A stretch of 64,000 nucleotides of DNA, taken from positions 1 to 64,000 of the forward strand of contig NW_021836304.1 of NCBI RefSeq assembly GCF_006345805.1, in the 5' to 3' direction. Below, piece by piece: positions 12,254 through 25,341 of this stretch. Origin of the DNA: Octopus sinensis. Its lineage: Eukaryota. The notes beneath the pieces are model-generated. The model was given only the letters and a program-made list of their open reading frames with translations. It did not search any database and had not been told where the DNA came from. The position numbers and the translations under genes were made by a program. How positions within the stretch are numbered: position 1 is the first letter of the stretch; each line of letters starts with the position of its first letter.

Positions 12254-13208
12254 CGCCTCCAGAAAGAAGTATAAAGCAAGGATGATTGTTGAAAACCGAA
12301 GGCAAGAGTGTGAAGAGAGATGAGATTTTCTCAAGATCAGCAAATGCATGTTGCAGCACTTAATGCTGGATCATTAAATCAATGTTCTAATGATTAGACA
12401 GAAGTCCAGTAAAATAGCTCTCAGAAACAGACTATGTACAAATTTGTTCTTCTTCACAACTCCTGAAGCTGTTTTCAGATATGATCCATCCCATTCTTAT
12501 AAAAATGATAACTCTGTCCAAATTGGTGTGCTAAACACAAATTGTCATTTCTGTAGAGCTTTAAAAATTTCAAATGAAACAAATGCTATGTGCTGCTCAG
12601 GCAGTCAGGTAACATTGCCAGCACTACGAGTCCATTCTCAACTTCTTATGGATCTTCTAGAAGGCGCTTCCATCCAATCAAAGGATTTTCTGAACAATAT
12701 CAGACAATACAACTCTGCATTTCAAATGATATCGTTTGGTGCATCTAAAAAGATAGATAAACATGAATTTACGCCGACGTCAAAGTTCAAGGGCAAGTCT
12801 ATCACTTCATTGGTTCCCTGTTATCCACAAATAAACAGCCACAGTTCTTCCAAATTTACTTTATGAGTAATGTAGGACAACAAACCCGAAGGATGTGTTA
12901 AAATTTCAGATGATGGGTCGTGTTAGACACAGCGCTGACTGCTGCAAAAGAGAGTATATCCACTGACAGCTTTTTGGTGCGTTGAAAAATCACATAACCC
13001 CCATCTCCAATTTCCCATGACAGGTTAGGTCCTGAAATACTCCAAACGGACGCATAACATGTTGCTTAGTCGAATTAGCCCATCATTTACTCCACAAATG
13101 TTTTGTTGTCAATGCTGCACTTTCCCATATCACCTGTTTCAACATAACTGTAATATATACACAAACTATGCCGTTTTAATCCTGAGCAACGCCGGGTATC
13201 TCTACTAG
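12254..13208 (+). mobile_element. Internally deleted Helitron (Rep N-terminal region joined to 3' terminus)
   Basis: FRYDP..V.IG....C.FC.ALK..E...MCC..QV.LP.L, FL.NIRQYNSAFQM.SFGA, then frameshift to KVQGQVYHFIGSLL..FQIYF; 3' end cctgagcaacgccggg..CTAG at 13205-13208. 5' boundary approximate. Confidence 0.85.
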
Positions 13209-13220
13209 CATACATATGTT

Positions 13221-13265
<45 letters not shown>

Positions 13266-13654
13266 TGTGTGTGTGTGTGCGTGCGTGCGTCTGTTGATCT
13301 GTAAAGCGATAGTTCTGAAGTGACTGACAAGTAACTTTCCCCCACCCTTCCCTTCGGTACAGACCAAATGTGCCGCAGACATTTTTCTAGTTACTTTGGA
13401 CAACAACACAATTGTTCTGGTAAACTGGAGGATAGGAGGGAGGGGGAGGGGGATTCAGCCATACATTTAAGAAATTACGACACATACATACATACATACA
13501 TACATACATACATGCATACATACATGCATATATGTATGCATACATACGTAAATACATACATATATGTATGCATATATACATACTCAGACGTACTTATACA
13601 AAATATACATACATTGAAACACAAAATACACACACGTGCTCTCAATATACATAC

Positions 13655-13697
<43 letters not shown>

Positions 13698-13826
13698 AAT
13701 ATATATATATATACATATATACATACATAGATGGATACACACACACTCACACATACACACACACTCACACAAGTGTATATGTATGTATATTTCTCTATAT
13801 ATATAAATATACATATATAAATATAC

Positions 13827-13864
<38 letters not shown>

Positions 13865-14238
13865 GTACCCACAAGGGGCTAAACACAGAGGGGACAAACA
13901 AGGACTGACAAACGAATTAAGTCGATTACATCGACCCCAGTGCGCAACTGGTACTTAATTTATCGACCCCGAAAATTGATATCCCTCAAAATTTCAGGCC
14001 TTGTGCCTATAGTAGAAAGGATTATTATAGGCACACAAACCATTAAAAATCAAGTTGTTTCTGTACACATTCTCTGCAGTCACGTGTATGGACATGCTAA
14101 CGAGAAAACACAAGCATATACGTACGCATATACACACAGACACAAACACAAACACACACACACGCACACAAACATATGTTATATATAAAACATATATATA
14201 TATATATATATTATATACACACACATACATATATTATG

Positions 14239-14269
<31 letters not shown>

Positions 14270-15239
14270 GTATATATATATATATTATATATATATCTAT
14301 AAATATATATATATACATACACATACGTATATGTATACAATATCTATATATACATATAAATGTCTCTTATATGTGTCTGTATATGTGTAAGTATATATAA
14401 AGTATATATATATACAAATATATGTACGTATGTATGTATGAATGTATACGCACACACGCGCACACAAACACATACACACACATACACACACACTCATGCA
14501 CACGCTTACACACACATAAGTATTTTTTAGTGTATTTGTATTTTTTTTGTATTTGTATTTTTTTTGTATTTGTATTTTTATTGTATTTTTTATTATTTTT
14601 TTTAATTGTATTTGAAAGTCGTCCAAAAATGTACTTATATAATGACCCAATTATTTCCTAGAACAACTCCTTTCGTTTCACCTTATCATTTAGCTAATCC
14701 GATTATCACCCTTGATTTTGTTGTTGTTGTTTGTTTTTCTTCCCCTCGCTAATCCTAATATCAAGTGACCGACTTGTATTCACTCTTACATCAGAAATAT
14801 GTCGAACATGATGACGTAGCGGACCATATACAGGACATTACACAATGAGGGCCTTCCCTACAAAATCACATGTAGAGTGCAAATTGAGCAATTAGAAATT
14901 ATTAACGTAAGGAATATAGATGAATAGCGAGAGAGAGAGATAAATTGATAGAAAGAGATAGATTGATAGTGAGAGAGAGAGGGGGGAGAGAGAGATACAC
15001 ATATCAATGCCTATACGGTTTACGCATATTTCTGTGTGCGTGTATGATTGTGTATCTGTGCGATCGTGTTTGTCAGTTTGTGTATAGTGCAGCTGACCTT
15101 GCTTAGCGCGTAAATACATACATACAAATATCACACATGCATACGCACAGGCGCGCGAGCTCACACACACACACACACACACTTGCAGACATTAATGAAT
15201 GTTTAATAAGTTTTCTTCGTAACCGTAAGGGAGCAAGTT

Positions 15240-15669
15240 GGATCTTTTCGGTTTGACCGGCAGTTTTTTCTAGCGGTGTCATATGAAATCGTCACCCATA
15301 ATTATGACCCTAGTATCGATCTATTGCATTTCAATCTGTTTTAGGGTTAGGGTTAGGGTTAGGGTCAGGGGTGGGGGGAAGGGTATCTTTTTTTCTTCAC
15401 AAATGTAAATAAACCCAGTCTGTTTCTTAAACGAGGGACATATCTCACCGGACAGAATGTTTTTTTTACCTAAATAGACGTCAGTGATTGGTTGAAATTG
15501 CAGAAATTGAAGAAGAAAAGCAACAAATATCTTACAACCTATATAATTTTCTCAATAAATCCAAGAGAAAAAGATGTTTTATAAACACATTCTACTAGTA
15601 TACGAAGTTTTAAATTTTTTAGTTACCCAGAAATTATGTTAAAAACTGCCGTTCAAACCGAAAAGATCC
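15240..15669. mobile_element. hAT-type MITE containing TTAGGG repeats
   Basis: ~29-bp TIR ggatcttttcggtttgaccggcagttttt / aaaaactgccgttcaaaccgaaaagatcc; 8-bp TSD agcaagtt/cgcaagtt (7/8). Confidence 0.85.
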
Positions 15670-15904
15670 CGCAAGTTCGATACCACCAAGAGGTACATTT
15701 GAGAAATGTCATTGTCATAGCCACAGTTCGACCCAAGCTTCGTGTGTCAAATTCAGTGATTGGAAATTATGTGTCCCGCTGATTCTCCCCGAGAGATATG
15801 TTAGGACTGTGAAATTTCTCTCCCGCTTCGATCGTTAATGTCACGAGTTGGTTAACTATCGGATTAAACAATTGTATATTATACGTTGAAATATGTATGT
15901 CCTT

Positions 15905-16400
15905 ATTCAGTCTTATTTCAAGATTTCATGCCAATAGAGAAAGAGCTGGTTTCTTACCTAGACCCGCGGCTCCTTCATTTGAATTTCAATACCAACAGCA
16001 GGGTAATTTTGAATGTGTGTATGCATGCATGTAACGTACAGATTTGCATGTTCTGTTTTATATATGTCTTCTCATGCAAATCTAGACCAGGATAAACTTC
16101 TGGAAAGCTTTACAGGTTTTTACAGTTACAGTGATGGAATGGATCTGTAGTCTTGGAATCAGCATTCTCCTTTCTGGTTTTGAGAAACCTAATTTCTCAA
16201 GATTGGTATTTAGACAGTGTGTTACATATCCGAGCACCTCAATAATTAAAAGTATAAACCTGAACTTGTAATCTGGATAAAGTAACCGCAGATTTCTCAA
16301 TAGTTCAGCGTAGATATTCTCTTTTACACTGATCTTCAGTTTTATGTTAATATCCGCTGGACAGCTGATTTCCACAACTGTACAGTGTCTCTTCTCTATC
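15905..16400 (-). mobile_element. 3' end of a non-LTR retrotransposon with restriction-like endonuclease (R4/NeSL/CRE-type)
   Basis: VEISCPADINI..K...KENIYAELLRNLRLLYP.YKF.FI..II..LG.V...LGF...I.RLQ..SI..TVK.CK.F; a related 3' UTR piece occurs at 1535-1600. Confidence 0.7.
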
Positions 16401-16619
16401 CCAAATCATTATATCAGGTCTATTGTGTTTATATTTTATTGAAATTTTCACTGTAACATTCCACTGGTACTCCTTTTTACTCTGAGTGACTACGTATGTA
16501 TGTACCCATTATCTTTTTACTTGTTTCAGTGACTGGACTAAAACCATGTTCGGGCACCGATTTGAATAGGTTCGACGAACAAATTGACTACGGCACCTAT
16601 TTTACATATACCTTCATAT

Positions 16620-18425
16620 TCATGGAACAAATTTTCGCTTGCGAGAGCATGTGGAGTTCTTCATGTCTACACAGCTTCTTCGAATACTCCAACAATAGTC
16701 TACCGTCATGTGTGCATTCCATTGGCCTTGATATCCCTCCCCCATAATCTTGAATGTTTGATGAAAACGCTCACCATGCTCATCGCTCACGTCTCCGAGA
16801 TTAGCAGGAAATTCATCGAGATGGTTATTGAGAAAATGAAGCTTTATGCTCATGTTGCAGCCTAAAAGATGAACGTTATCAAGTAATGTCGCCACCAATT
16901 TCTTGTAGTTTGCAGCATTTTCACTCCTGTCAAAATCCTTTCACAACAATCACAAACGAATCCCACGTTCTTTCTTCTATGTCAACCATCAAGCTCGAGA
17001 AATTCTGGCATTTCGTTGACTTTCTGATTTGTGGCCCATCAAAAACACCAGCCATTATTTTATCATAACTTAGGCCAGGAAATGTTGTACATATGAATTT
17101 GAAACAGTTGCCTTCCAAATTAAGAACTTTGACAAATTGCTTCATTCGTCCTAGTTTAATATGAAGGAGTGGAAAGATGATTTTTCTCTCGCTCAACAAG
17201 TGGTTGGTGCATGATATTCTTCTACCCAACAGTCAAACTCGTCCTAACTGACCAGGGTTTCTGTTCCCAATGTTTGTCTTTTGCCTGGCTATCCCATAAA
17301 CACAGGAAACGCGGATACTTTGTATACCCTCGTTGTTCGCCAAGTAAAAAGTTGACCATTTTAAAATCCACACATATGACCCATTTCTGTTCGTCATACT
17401 TAGGTAAATCTAACTCAACTTTTATGTGATCTTAATTCTCTTTTAAATGCACTGACTGACCAGTGGGAAGCGCACTGAACATTATAGAGTAATACACATT
17501 TTAGATTCTTCTTTGAACTATCTATAAAGAGTCTCCATTAACTAAGATCATACTGTTCAACACCCATCATGTTTAACAGTCCTGCCACGTCACAGCAGTA
17601 AACAAAATCTCTTCCAATTGTAAAGAATGTCAAGAGATCTTTTTCCTTGTTCTGATAAAAAAAAGTCACGTTTGTTTCTTTCTGTAACAAATTCTTCTCT
17701 TCAAGCCTAGAAGCTAACAGTCCTGATAACACTTTTGACAGTCCTGGGTCTCTAACTAAATCATTAAGCTCTGTCTGGTTGAAGTTTTCACGTTCTTTGG
17801 TTGATGTTTCTACAAAGTCTATATCACTGTTATGCTCATGATTTATATCTACTTCACATTTTACCTTGCAGTGAAGGTAGATCCTTGAAAAGGAGTATTG
17901 GTATTTCATCTGAATGAAGCACTGGGTGAATTGCTGAGTCCAGATTTGGGTAACTTATTTTTTTCACGTTCTCTTGTTACAACAAGAAGTCTTTGTGAGA
18001 CAAAAGTAGCTCCCACCATATCATTGGAATGTCAAATGTTAGCTGTTTCCTTGTGCCCTTAGTCCATTGGCGCATATTTTCGACACAGGGTTTACATACA
18101 TTGTGTGGGCCCACGATTTATCCAGATCGCCAACTTTAATCTTTAAGTAAGCCAAGTAGAATCTTTTCACAATGTCACCAATGTTCATTCTTTGACTTGG
18201 TACTATAGAACACCCACATATATAACGAAAAGAATCAGGGGAATTCAAACGTTTCAAGCATGGAGCTACTAGTGGGAGCTAATATGGGTCAATTCATAGA
18301 AAGAATACCTAGACGTGATAGAAAAAACAACTATTGCCATTTTTAAACTCAGTGACCCAAAATTACCCCCAAACAAGTCTCAAATTTAGGTCATCAGAAA
18401 AACAGTATCAATTTATTGGTCAGTG
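16620..18425 (-). mobile_element. Decayed DNA transposon, probably Chapaev-3 (CMC/Transib-related), nearly full transposase plus one terminus
   Basis: Frameshifted ORF pieces NSPDSF.YICG, FNQTELNDLVRD, WRLFIDSS, WVICVDFK, LHIKLG.MKQFVK, FDGPQIR, GCNMSIKLHFL..HLD.FP.NLG.VSDEHGERFHQ..YQG.W...DYCW; CACTG terminus at 18425 followed by TTA. Family name from motif recall, not a search. Confidence 0.8.
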
Positions 18426-18628
18426 TTATTTATCACACTTCGTGTTACTATCTTTTAGACTCCAAATAAACTTACAAAGTGGCGTCAAACTTTCCTTATT
18501 CGTATATTTAAAAGAAGAGACGTGTTTATATAAACGTGATTTGAAGCTGGTTGCGCAATAACCTACATAATACTGATTTCGTTTGCCTGTATGAACTGAG
18601 CATTTGTAAACTGTGTTTTTCCTAAGGT

Positions 18629-18630
<2 letters not shown>
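18426..18630 (-). mobile_element. Penelope-like GIY-YIG endonuclease fragment
   Basis: VYKCSVHTGKRNQYYVGYCATSFKSRLYKHVSSFK...TPLCKFIWSLK; abuts the DNA transposon terminus. Confidence 0.75.
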
Positions 18631-18661
<31 letters not shown>

Positions 18662-18677
18662 CATACATACATACATA

Positions 18678-18755
<78 letters not shown>

Positions 18756-19773
18756 ATATGAGTGTGTGTGTGTATACATATGGAAGGTAGTACTGACTAA
18801 AGAAAAGTGACTTGAAGCCAGAGACGCTTTTCTATGCTGCGCAGGGACAAACATTTAAAATAAATTACACCAAATGCAAGATGACAATGCAGCTGAGTGT
18901 AAGAAGCGCAAGTTGTGCGATGATAAAGGTGAGATTATATGGTATATTGTGCAGATAGCTAACCTAAAACGAATACAAAAGAAGATGCGATATTGTCGCA
19001 AGAATTATTTATTAGGAGATGTGTGGTAAATATGGGTTAGGTAGAGCATGAACGTGGCATGAACAGACCCTAAAAGGAGTAATCGAGAATGACAAAGTAA
19101 ACATACCTATGGGGTGTAATGATTAAATGTAATCTTGAAATTGAGCATCAAACGTCAATAAAGCGTTTACGATTATAGAGAAAAATATTCTGCTGAATCA
19201 TGGATATTGCATATTCTAGTGATGACAGAGTATCACGAAAACACAAGAGAAGCCGGTCAGATATGATGATTTGAAGTGAGAAACAAAGAGACTGCGGTCA
19301 TTAAAGGAGATGAGTTTTATACCTGTTGTTGGTACCTTAGATATTGTAAGTAACAAGCTCAAACCCTGAGTCGAAAAGGTAGTGGGTGATTGTAAAATTT
19401 GAGCAACATTGCCTGGTCAGCACAATTCCTCTGTTCCTGAAATCTGAATGAAGTGTAACCCTAGGCCACTGGTTGTGGGCGGCTGATACTTCATGATGCT
19501 CAAGTTGATATGTTAAACAACAGTAGTAAAAGTAATAGTTTTTAATTTAGGCGTAAGGCCAGGAATTTTGAAGGGAGGAGAGCAAGTCAATTACAACGAC
19601 CCCAAAACTCGAATAGTGCTTTATTTTATAATTTCCAAGAAAATAAAAGGCAAAGGTCAGCAAATTAGAAAGGAGGAATTTGTCATAAAAAGCTGGAATA
19701 AATACTACGCAGCATCTTTTTCGACGCTCTAACGACTTCGCCAATCCAGAGTCAGTAGTAGTAGTAGTAGTAA

Positions 19774-19820
<47 letters not shown>

Positions 19821-19844
19821 TAGTAGTAGTATGAACATACTTAC

Positions 19845-20022
19845 CCAGTGTGAAAACGACCATGGGGCTTAGCTTTCCGTCCCCTCCGTTACTGTAACCA
19901 AGCACTCTTAGATTGTAGAGGACACCCTTACGTATACCGTTAATTATACCCAAATTTGTATCACGTGGCATTAAGTAGTCACGTGCTGTTCTGATGTCAT
20001 TGTTCAGTGCCCACACTCGAAC
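19845..20022 (-). CDS. Cont: Contactin-like exon (FN3-4, second half)
   Basis: ttttatcactag acceptor, G|gtaagt donor; phase 0/1; VRVWALNNDIRTARDYLMPRDTNLGIINGIRKGVLYNLRVLGYSNGGDGKLSPMVVFTL (contactin Y.LRV.GYS.GGDG..S...FTL). Confidence 0.95.
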
Positions 20023-20999
20023 CTAGTGATAAAAATAGGGCCAATATTAAAGACAGGGTATATGAACAATCGGATGGATGGAGGGGGGAGAGGGAGGGAG
20101 GGAGAAAGAAACAAAGAGAAAGAAGAAGAAATTGAGAGATGGAGGGATGGAATTTCGGAGGTATGGATGGATGGATGGATGGATGGATGGATGGATGGAC
20201 GGACGGACGGACAGACGGTTTGGGAGGTCACGTTTGAACAAAAAGTGAAACAGCAAATTAACATTAGTGAATCAAATACAGCACTACATGTAGATATTTC
20301 ATATATGTATGTTCATATGCGTATAATATATATATATATATATATATAATATATATATTATATATATATATATGCATGTATGTATGTATGTATTATGTAT
20401 GTATGTATGTATGTATGTATAGTAAAATCGAAAATCTATTTCGTTTTTGTTTCTGGTTTGCAAGATTTTTATGTGAATTCGTGTGCTGAAAGAAATTTTG
20501 TTGTGTCTAGGGAGAGTCATTTTTGCCACACACCGGTTCAATTCCACTTGTTTATTATTAGTCTGTGTGTGTGTGGTGTGTGTGTGTGTGTGTGTGTGTG
20601 TAATTATAAGGAGAAATATTTCCTCCATTGTAAGGATTTCACTTTGAAGTGCTGAGTATATTAAACCTGAGGCGTTGGAATAATGTAGAAGTAAGAATCA
20701 AAGTTAAGCAAATGATGTTCACTTTTACATTTATATTTATTCAATCTTAGATCCAACATGCAGGAATTTCTCCAAAAGTATATTCAGTACACCAAACATA
20801 TCAAACATATATAGATATATAGATATATAAAAATATACAGAGTAATCAATACATTAAAAATATACATATAAAATATATGAATATACAGATATATATATAT
20901 ACATTAAAACATATTGAAAAAATAAATACATATATAGGTCGACTTACAGTTTATAAAAAGAAGTTATAAAAAGAGTTAAGAGTCTATAAGATAAAAATT

Positions 21000-22420
21000 T
21001 TGGGTATTAGTAATCCATTTATTAATCCTACGGCCGTTTCTGGGAGTTCGGTTGACCTGTCATATAAAAGATATTTACATCCATTATAGGATACTACCTC
21101 CTTCCTCAAGGAAAATAAGTTTCTAAAAGGCTCGCATGTATTGCTTTCTTCTAATGGGAATTACCTACTGAGTGTTTTTATAGAGCTGTATGCAAACGAC
21201 CAGGAAGTGGAAGTGTTTTTGAGTGGTTGGAGGAGGAGATACAATGCATGATAAGATAAGGCTACTGATGGCTCTATAGGTAGAGGAGGGGAGTGTTGTA
21301 TTATTTTACAGAAAAGTTTCAATTGGTGTGAAGGCTGGTTCTCACCTCTATCCAGCATTATAATGCATAGTTATTGAGTAAAACATGTTTGCAAGAGTAC
21401 GCAGCATCGGAAAATTTCATTTCAGAATTTTAAAAAATGATTCAGGCAAAGATTTAACCTGTAGAGAAAAAGGCGATGCGTACCATAGGGTTTCTCGGTT
21501 TCTAGTCTTAAAATATGCTGTTTCATTGGATTGTTCATGAAGAGGAGATTCATAAATAATTCCTATAAATTTTGGGTGGCTTATGGCGTGATTTTATGAG
21601 TCTGTTTGGTTGATTTGAAATGGAAGCCATTCTTATAAGTCCAAGATTAGTTTCGGGGAAGAGATTTGCTATTTTGGTTTTCATTTCAGTACCACGTATA
21701 TAGAATATTTTTCTATTGGAATCCGCTTAATTGTAGAGAGTGATTATAGTAAGGAGCGTGAGTATTAACTATTTCCTCATTAGCTGATAAATTAGAGATT
21801 CTTATAGAAATACATGTAATTACGCTGTCAAGGGTTATTCTAGGATGATTTGAAATGACGTTTATATACTGTAAGGTTTGGTTAGGCTTGTGAAATGGGT
21901 AGTATAAAGTGGTATTTAAATTAATAGTGAGATCCAAAAAATTTACCACCTTGGTATTTATTTCAGAAGCGATACCAAGATTGTAATTATGAAAAAACTT
22001 TTTAAAGTTTCTTTGTTCGTTCAACTGCTGGTCGAGATAATCTTCAAGTGGTAAGGAGTGTATCGTCCCTGTAGAGTCCACCAGATATATTAGGGAAGTG
22101 CTGCTTGATCTGTGAGAGAAGGAACAGACCCACGAGGTCCGTAACTTGGGCTGACTCAGAAGAACCCATGGTTATATCAAGATAGTCAATAGCCTTTTAT
22201 AGGTAATAAAGAAATAAAGATAGTCAATAGAAGTATTCCGAGTCCAGTTATTATCCTTGAAATTAATAAGAGCCTTCCTCGCAGCCAGAATTATATCCAT
22301 ATCAGATTGTGGGATATTTGCAGAGTTTCGAGCCACTAAAAAACATTAAGATTAGAATGACAAATCTTTTGAAGAGAAACGTTCTTTCCAAAACATGTGT
22401 CATTCTTACTTCTTTTGGGA
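21000..22420 (-). mobile_element. Decayed Penelope-like retroelement (RT core, thumb, linker)
   Basis: DIILAARKALNF..NW, MGSSESAQVTDLVGLFLL, GLYRDD (22062-22073), VNFLDLTINL..YYPFHKPN...YINVISNHP, RISNLS..EI...PYYN.SLQLSGF. Confidence 0.85.
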
Positions 22421-22893
22421 CAGAATACATAAATTTGTGAATGTGTGTATATGTATTTGTATGGCAACATATGTATCTGTATGAATGAATTTTTTGCTTA
22501 TTTTTTTATGCTTTTTAGCGTCCACACTCCCTCCAAGATGAGAAAGATTGGTGTGGTTGATGTTCTCGTTTAATAGTTGGAAGTTGAAAGTTGCAGAAAA
22601 AAACATTACTAGATAAGAAATTCCAGAGAGACAACCTTCTGTGGATGAATCATCGAGTATAAATGTTGCTGCAGTACCTAACAAATGGGTTGGAGATAAT
22701 ATGGATTAGAAAGACAAAGAAGAAAATAGAGGGACAAGGGGGTCAGGTGTGCTTTAGTGGAAAGTGGAAGGAGATAAGTCAGATTGGCGGAGCAGTGGCT
22801 ACTATAGTCGTAGTAGAAGATTAACCGGGAGAGGATACAGTGCGTCAATTGGGCAAAGATCCAAAGATTGGTGAGTGGTTGTCGTAGCCTTAC

Positions 22894-23009
22894 CTTGTAA
22901 CCTTTCAAAGCTTCCTCGGTGTTCCCAGTTGATATTCCTCTCCAAGTGACCTTAACGGTGTCAGGTCCGTGGCTTTTGACTCGAATAATCCGTGGGTATA
23001 AAAGTGGGG
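22894..23009 (-). CDS. Cont: Contactin-like exon (FN3-4, first half)
   Basis: ctttaattacag acceptor, AAG|gtaagg donor; phase 1/0; APLLYPRIIRVKSHGPDTVKVTWRGISTGNTEEALKGYK. Confidence 0.94.
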
Positions 23010-23984
23010 CTGTAATTAAAGATAGATTAAATGCATTTCGTCAGCTTTTACACGACCTACACTTAACTTAAAAATCCACATCCAATTAAACTCCAGTTTG
23101 CAAACACTCAAGCTACATTCATTACAGTCAATTGTCAATTTACACTCTACTTACATTCCACCTAACACTTAAGCAACACTCAACCTACAAACCTCCTAAT
23201 TTCGATATAGAATTTACCCACAAACTCCACTCTGCACTCATTTGATCTACGAAATACCTATATGCTACTTACACACAAACTGCACGCAAGGTACACTCCA
23301 CCTACACCCAGTTTACGCTCTATCTACTATTCACTTGCAGATAATACCCGCTCCGCATGCATTCGACTTATACCTGATTTACATACAACCTACACTCAAG
23401 CTACACTCTACCTTTCTCCACCACACTCAATCTACACCCAACTCACAATTCACCTTCAGACAAATTCAACTTCGTATTCGTGTTTGTGTGTGTGTTTGTT
23501 TGAGTGTGTGTTGTGTGTGTGTGTGTGTGAATGTGTGTGTGTGTTTGTGTGTGTGTGTGTGAGAGAATGTGTGTGTGTGAATGTGTGTGTGTGTGAATAT
23601 GTGTGTGTGTGTGTGTGTGTGTGAATGTGTGTGTGTCTACGTCTTCATGTTTTTTGTCACATCCGCAATTGTTCGACAATCAGTGCTGGTTTGTTTACGT
23701 TCCTGTGACTTAGCAGTTCGACAAGAGGGACCGATGAAATAAGCACGACACATAAAAAATAAAGTTCTGACATCGATTTGTTCGACTAAACCCTTGAAGG
23801 CGGCGTCCCACTATGGCTGCAGTCCAATGACCGAAGCAAGTAAAAAAAAAGGGTAAATATTTCCACACTCAATTTCAACTCAACGAATACTAAACCAACA
23901 GTTAACCTCCACTCAGCATCTACTCAACCTCCACTCAATCTCGAACTATACAGAAACAACATATACACACATGTACACACTTAC

Positions 23985-24174
23985 CTTCACCTTTAGTTGT
24001 AATAGTTGCCCTTCTGCTTGGCGGGCCAGGCCCGGCGCTGTTGTATACCTGGACGTACATGAAATGATCGGAATCAAAATACCTGAGGCCAGTTATTAGG
24101 CCCCAACTTCTTTGACCAGGATATGAAACCCCGGTCACTAAGGGGTCAGCTTCCCATCTGTTCCAGTAGGTGAT
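23985..24174 (-). CDS. Cont: Contactin-like exon (FN3-3, second half)
   Basis: attttcag acceptor, G|gtaagt donor; phase 0/1; ITYWNRWEADPLVTGVSYPGQRSWGLITGLRYFDSDHFMYVQVYNSAGPGPPSRRATITTKGE. Confidence 0.94.
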
Positions 24175-24538
24175 CTGAAAATATATGTTAAAGTATACAT
24201 GGCAGATGTGTTACGTGGGTGGTGCGAGCGAGTACATGTGTGGGTATGAGTATGTGTGTTAAATATATGTATACATATACGTACACACACACATGCACAT
24301 ACATACATACACACATACATGCATACATAGATATAGTACGCAACTGGTACTTAATTTATCGACCCCAAAAGGACGAAAAGCAAAGTCGACCTCGGCAGAA
24401 TTTGAACTCAGAACGTAAAAAAATCACGGGCATGATATACAAACATTTCTCATGGTACCAGTACACTGTTTACAGATGCTTACATTTTTTATGTTTCCTG
24501 TGAATTTTTTATTGGTCCAGCTAGTAGAATATTATACC

Positions 24539-24768
24539 TATTTCTTTACTACCCACAAGGGGCTAAACACAGGGGGGACAAACAAGGACAGACACACAGA
24601 TTAAGTCGATTACATCGACCCCAGTGTGTAACTGGTACTTAATTTATCGACCCCGAAAGGATGAAAGGCAAAGTCGACCTCGGCGGAATTTGAACTCAGA
24701 ACGTAACGGCAGACGAAATACGGCTACGCATTTCGCCCGGCGTGCTAACGATTCTGCCAGCTCATCGC
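24539..24768 (-). mobile_element. SINE family B, full length
   Basis: 16-bp TSD agtagaatattatacc at 24523-24538 and 24769-24784. Confidence 0.85.
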
Positions 24769-25037
24769 AGTAGAATATTATACCGAGAGCCTGAATTCTT
24801 ATTTCAAACTCTGAGCATTGAAATATTTTCAACATAGCAACACACCAGGGGCTGATATCTGCTACCATACGGATCCTATAACTTCTGATAGGCAAAAGAG
24901 GTTTTATATTCACTTATTTATTTGATTTAGTTGGGCTGTTATATGTACTTTTAAATATTTCTTATTTTCAACTATTATACGGCAAATAAAAACTTTATAC
25001 AGCAAATTATATTTGCCACGTTTTTCATACGCACTAA

Positions 25038-25341
25038 GTGAAAGCACATGATTCATTGGTTAGGGAAATCGGCTGACAATCGTAAGGTCGTGAGTTCGAT
25101 TCTCGGCTGTTCATTGTTTCCTTGAGTAAAACACTTTATTTCACGTTGCTCCAGTTCACTCAGCTGGCAAAAATGAGTAGTACATGTATTTCAAAGGGCC
25201 GGCCTTGTCACCTTCTGTGTCACGCTGAATCTCCTCGAGAACTAGATTAAGGGTACGCTTGTCTGTGGAGTGCTCAGCCATGTGCATATTAATTTCACGA
25301 GCAGGCTGTTTCGTTAATCGGATCAACTGGAACCCTCGTCA
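25038..25341 (+). mobile_element. tRNA-derived SINE, family A
   Basis: Colinear with 1167-1487; B box gagttcgattctc. Confidence 0.8.

Noticed and set aside
14760-14880. Exon-like segment readable on both strands (KYVEHDDVADHIQDITQ* on plus; AG/GT-bounded on minus)
   Set aside because: In the phase required by contactin it hits a stop after five codons; no partner exons identified on plus
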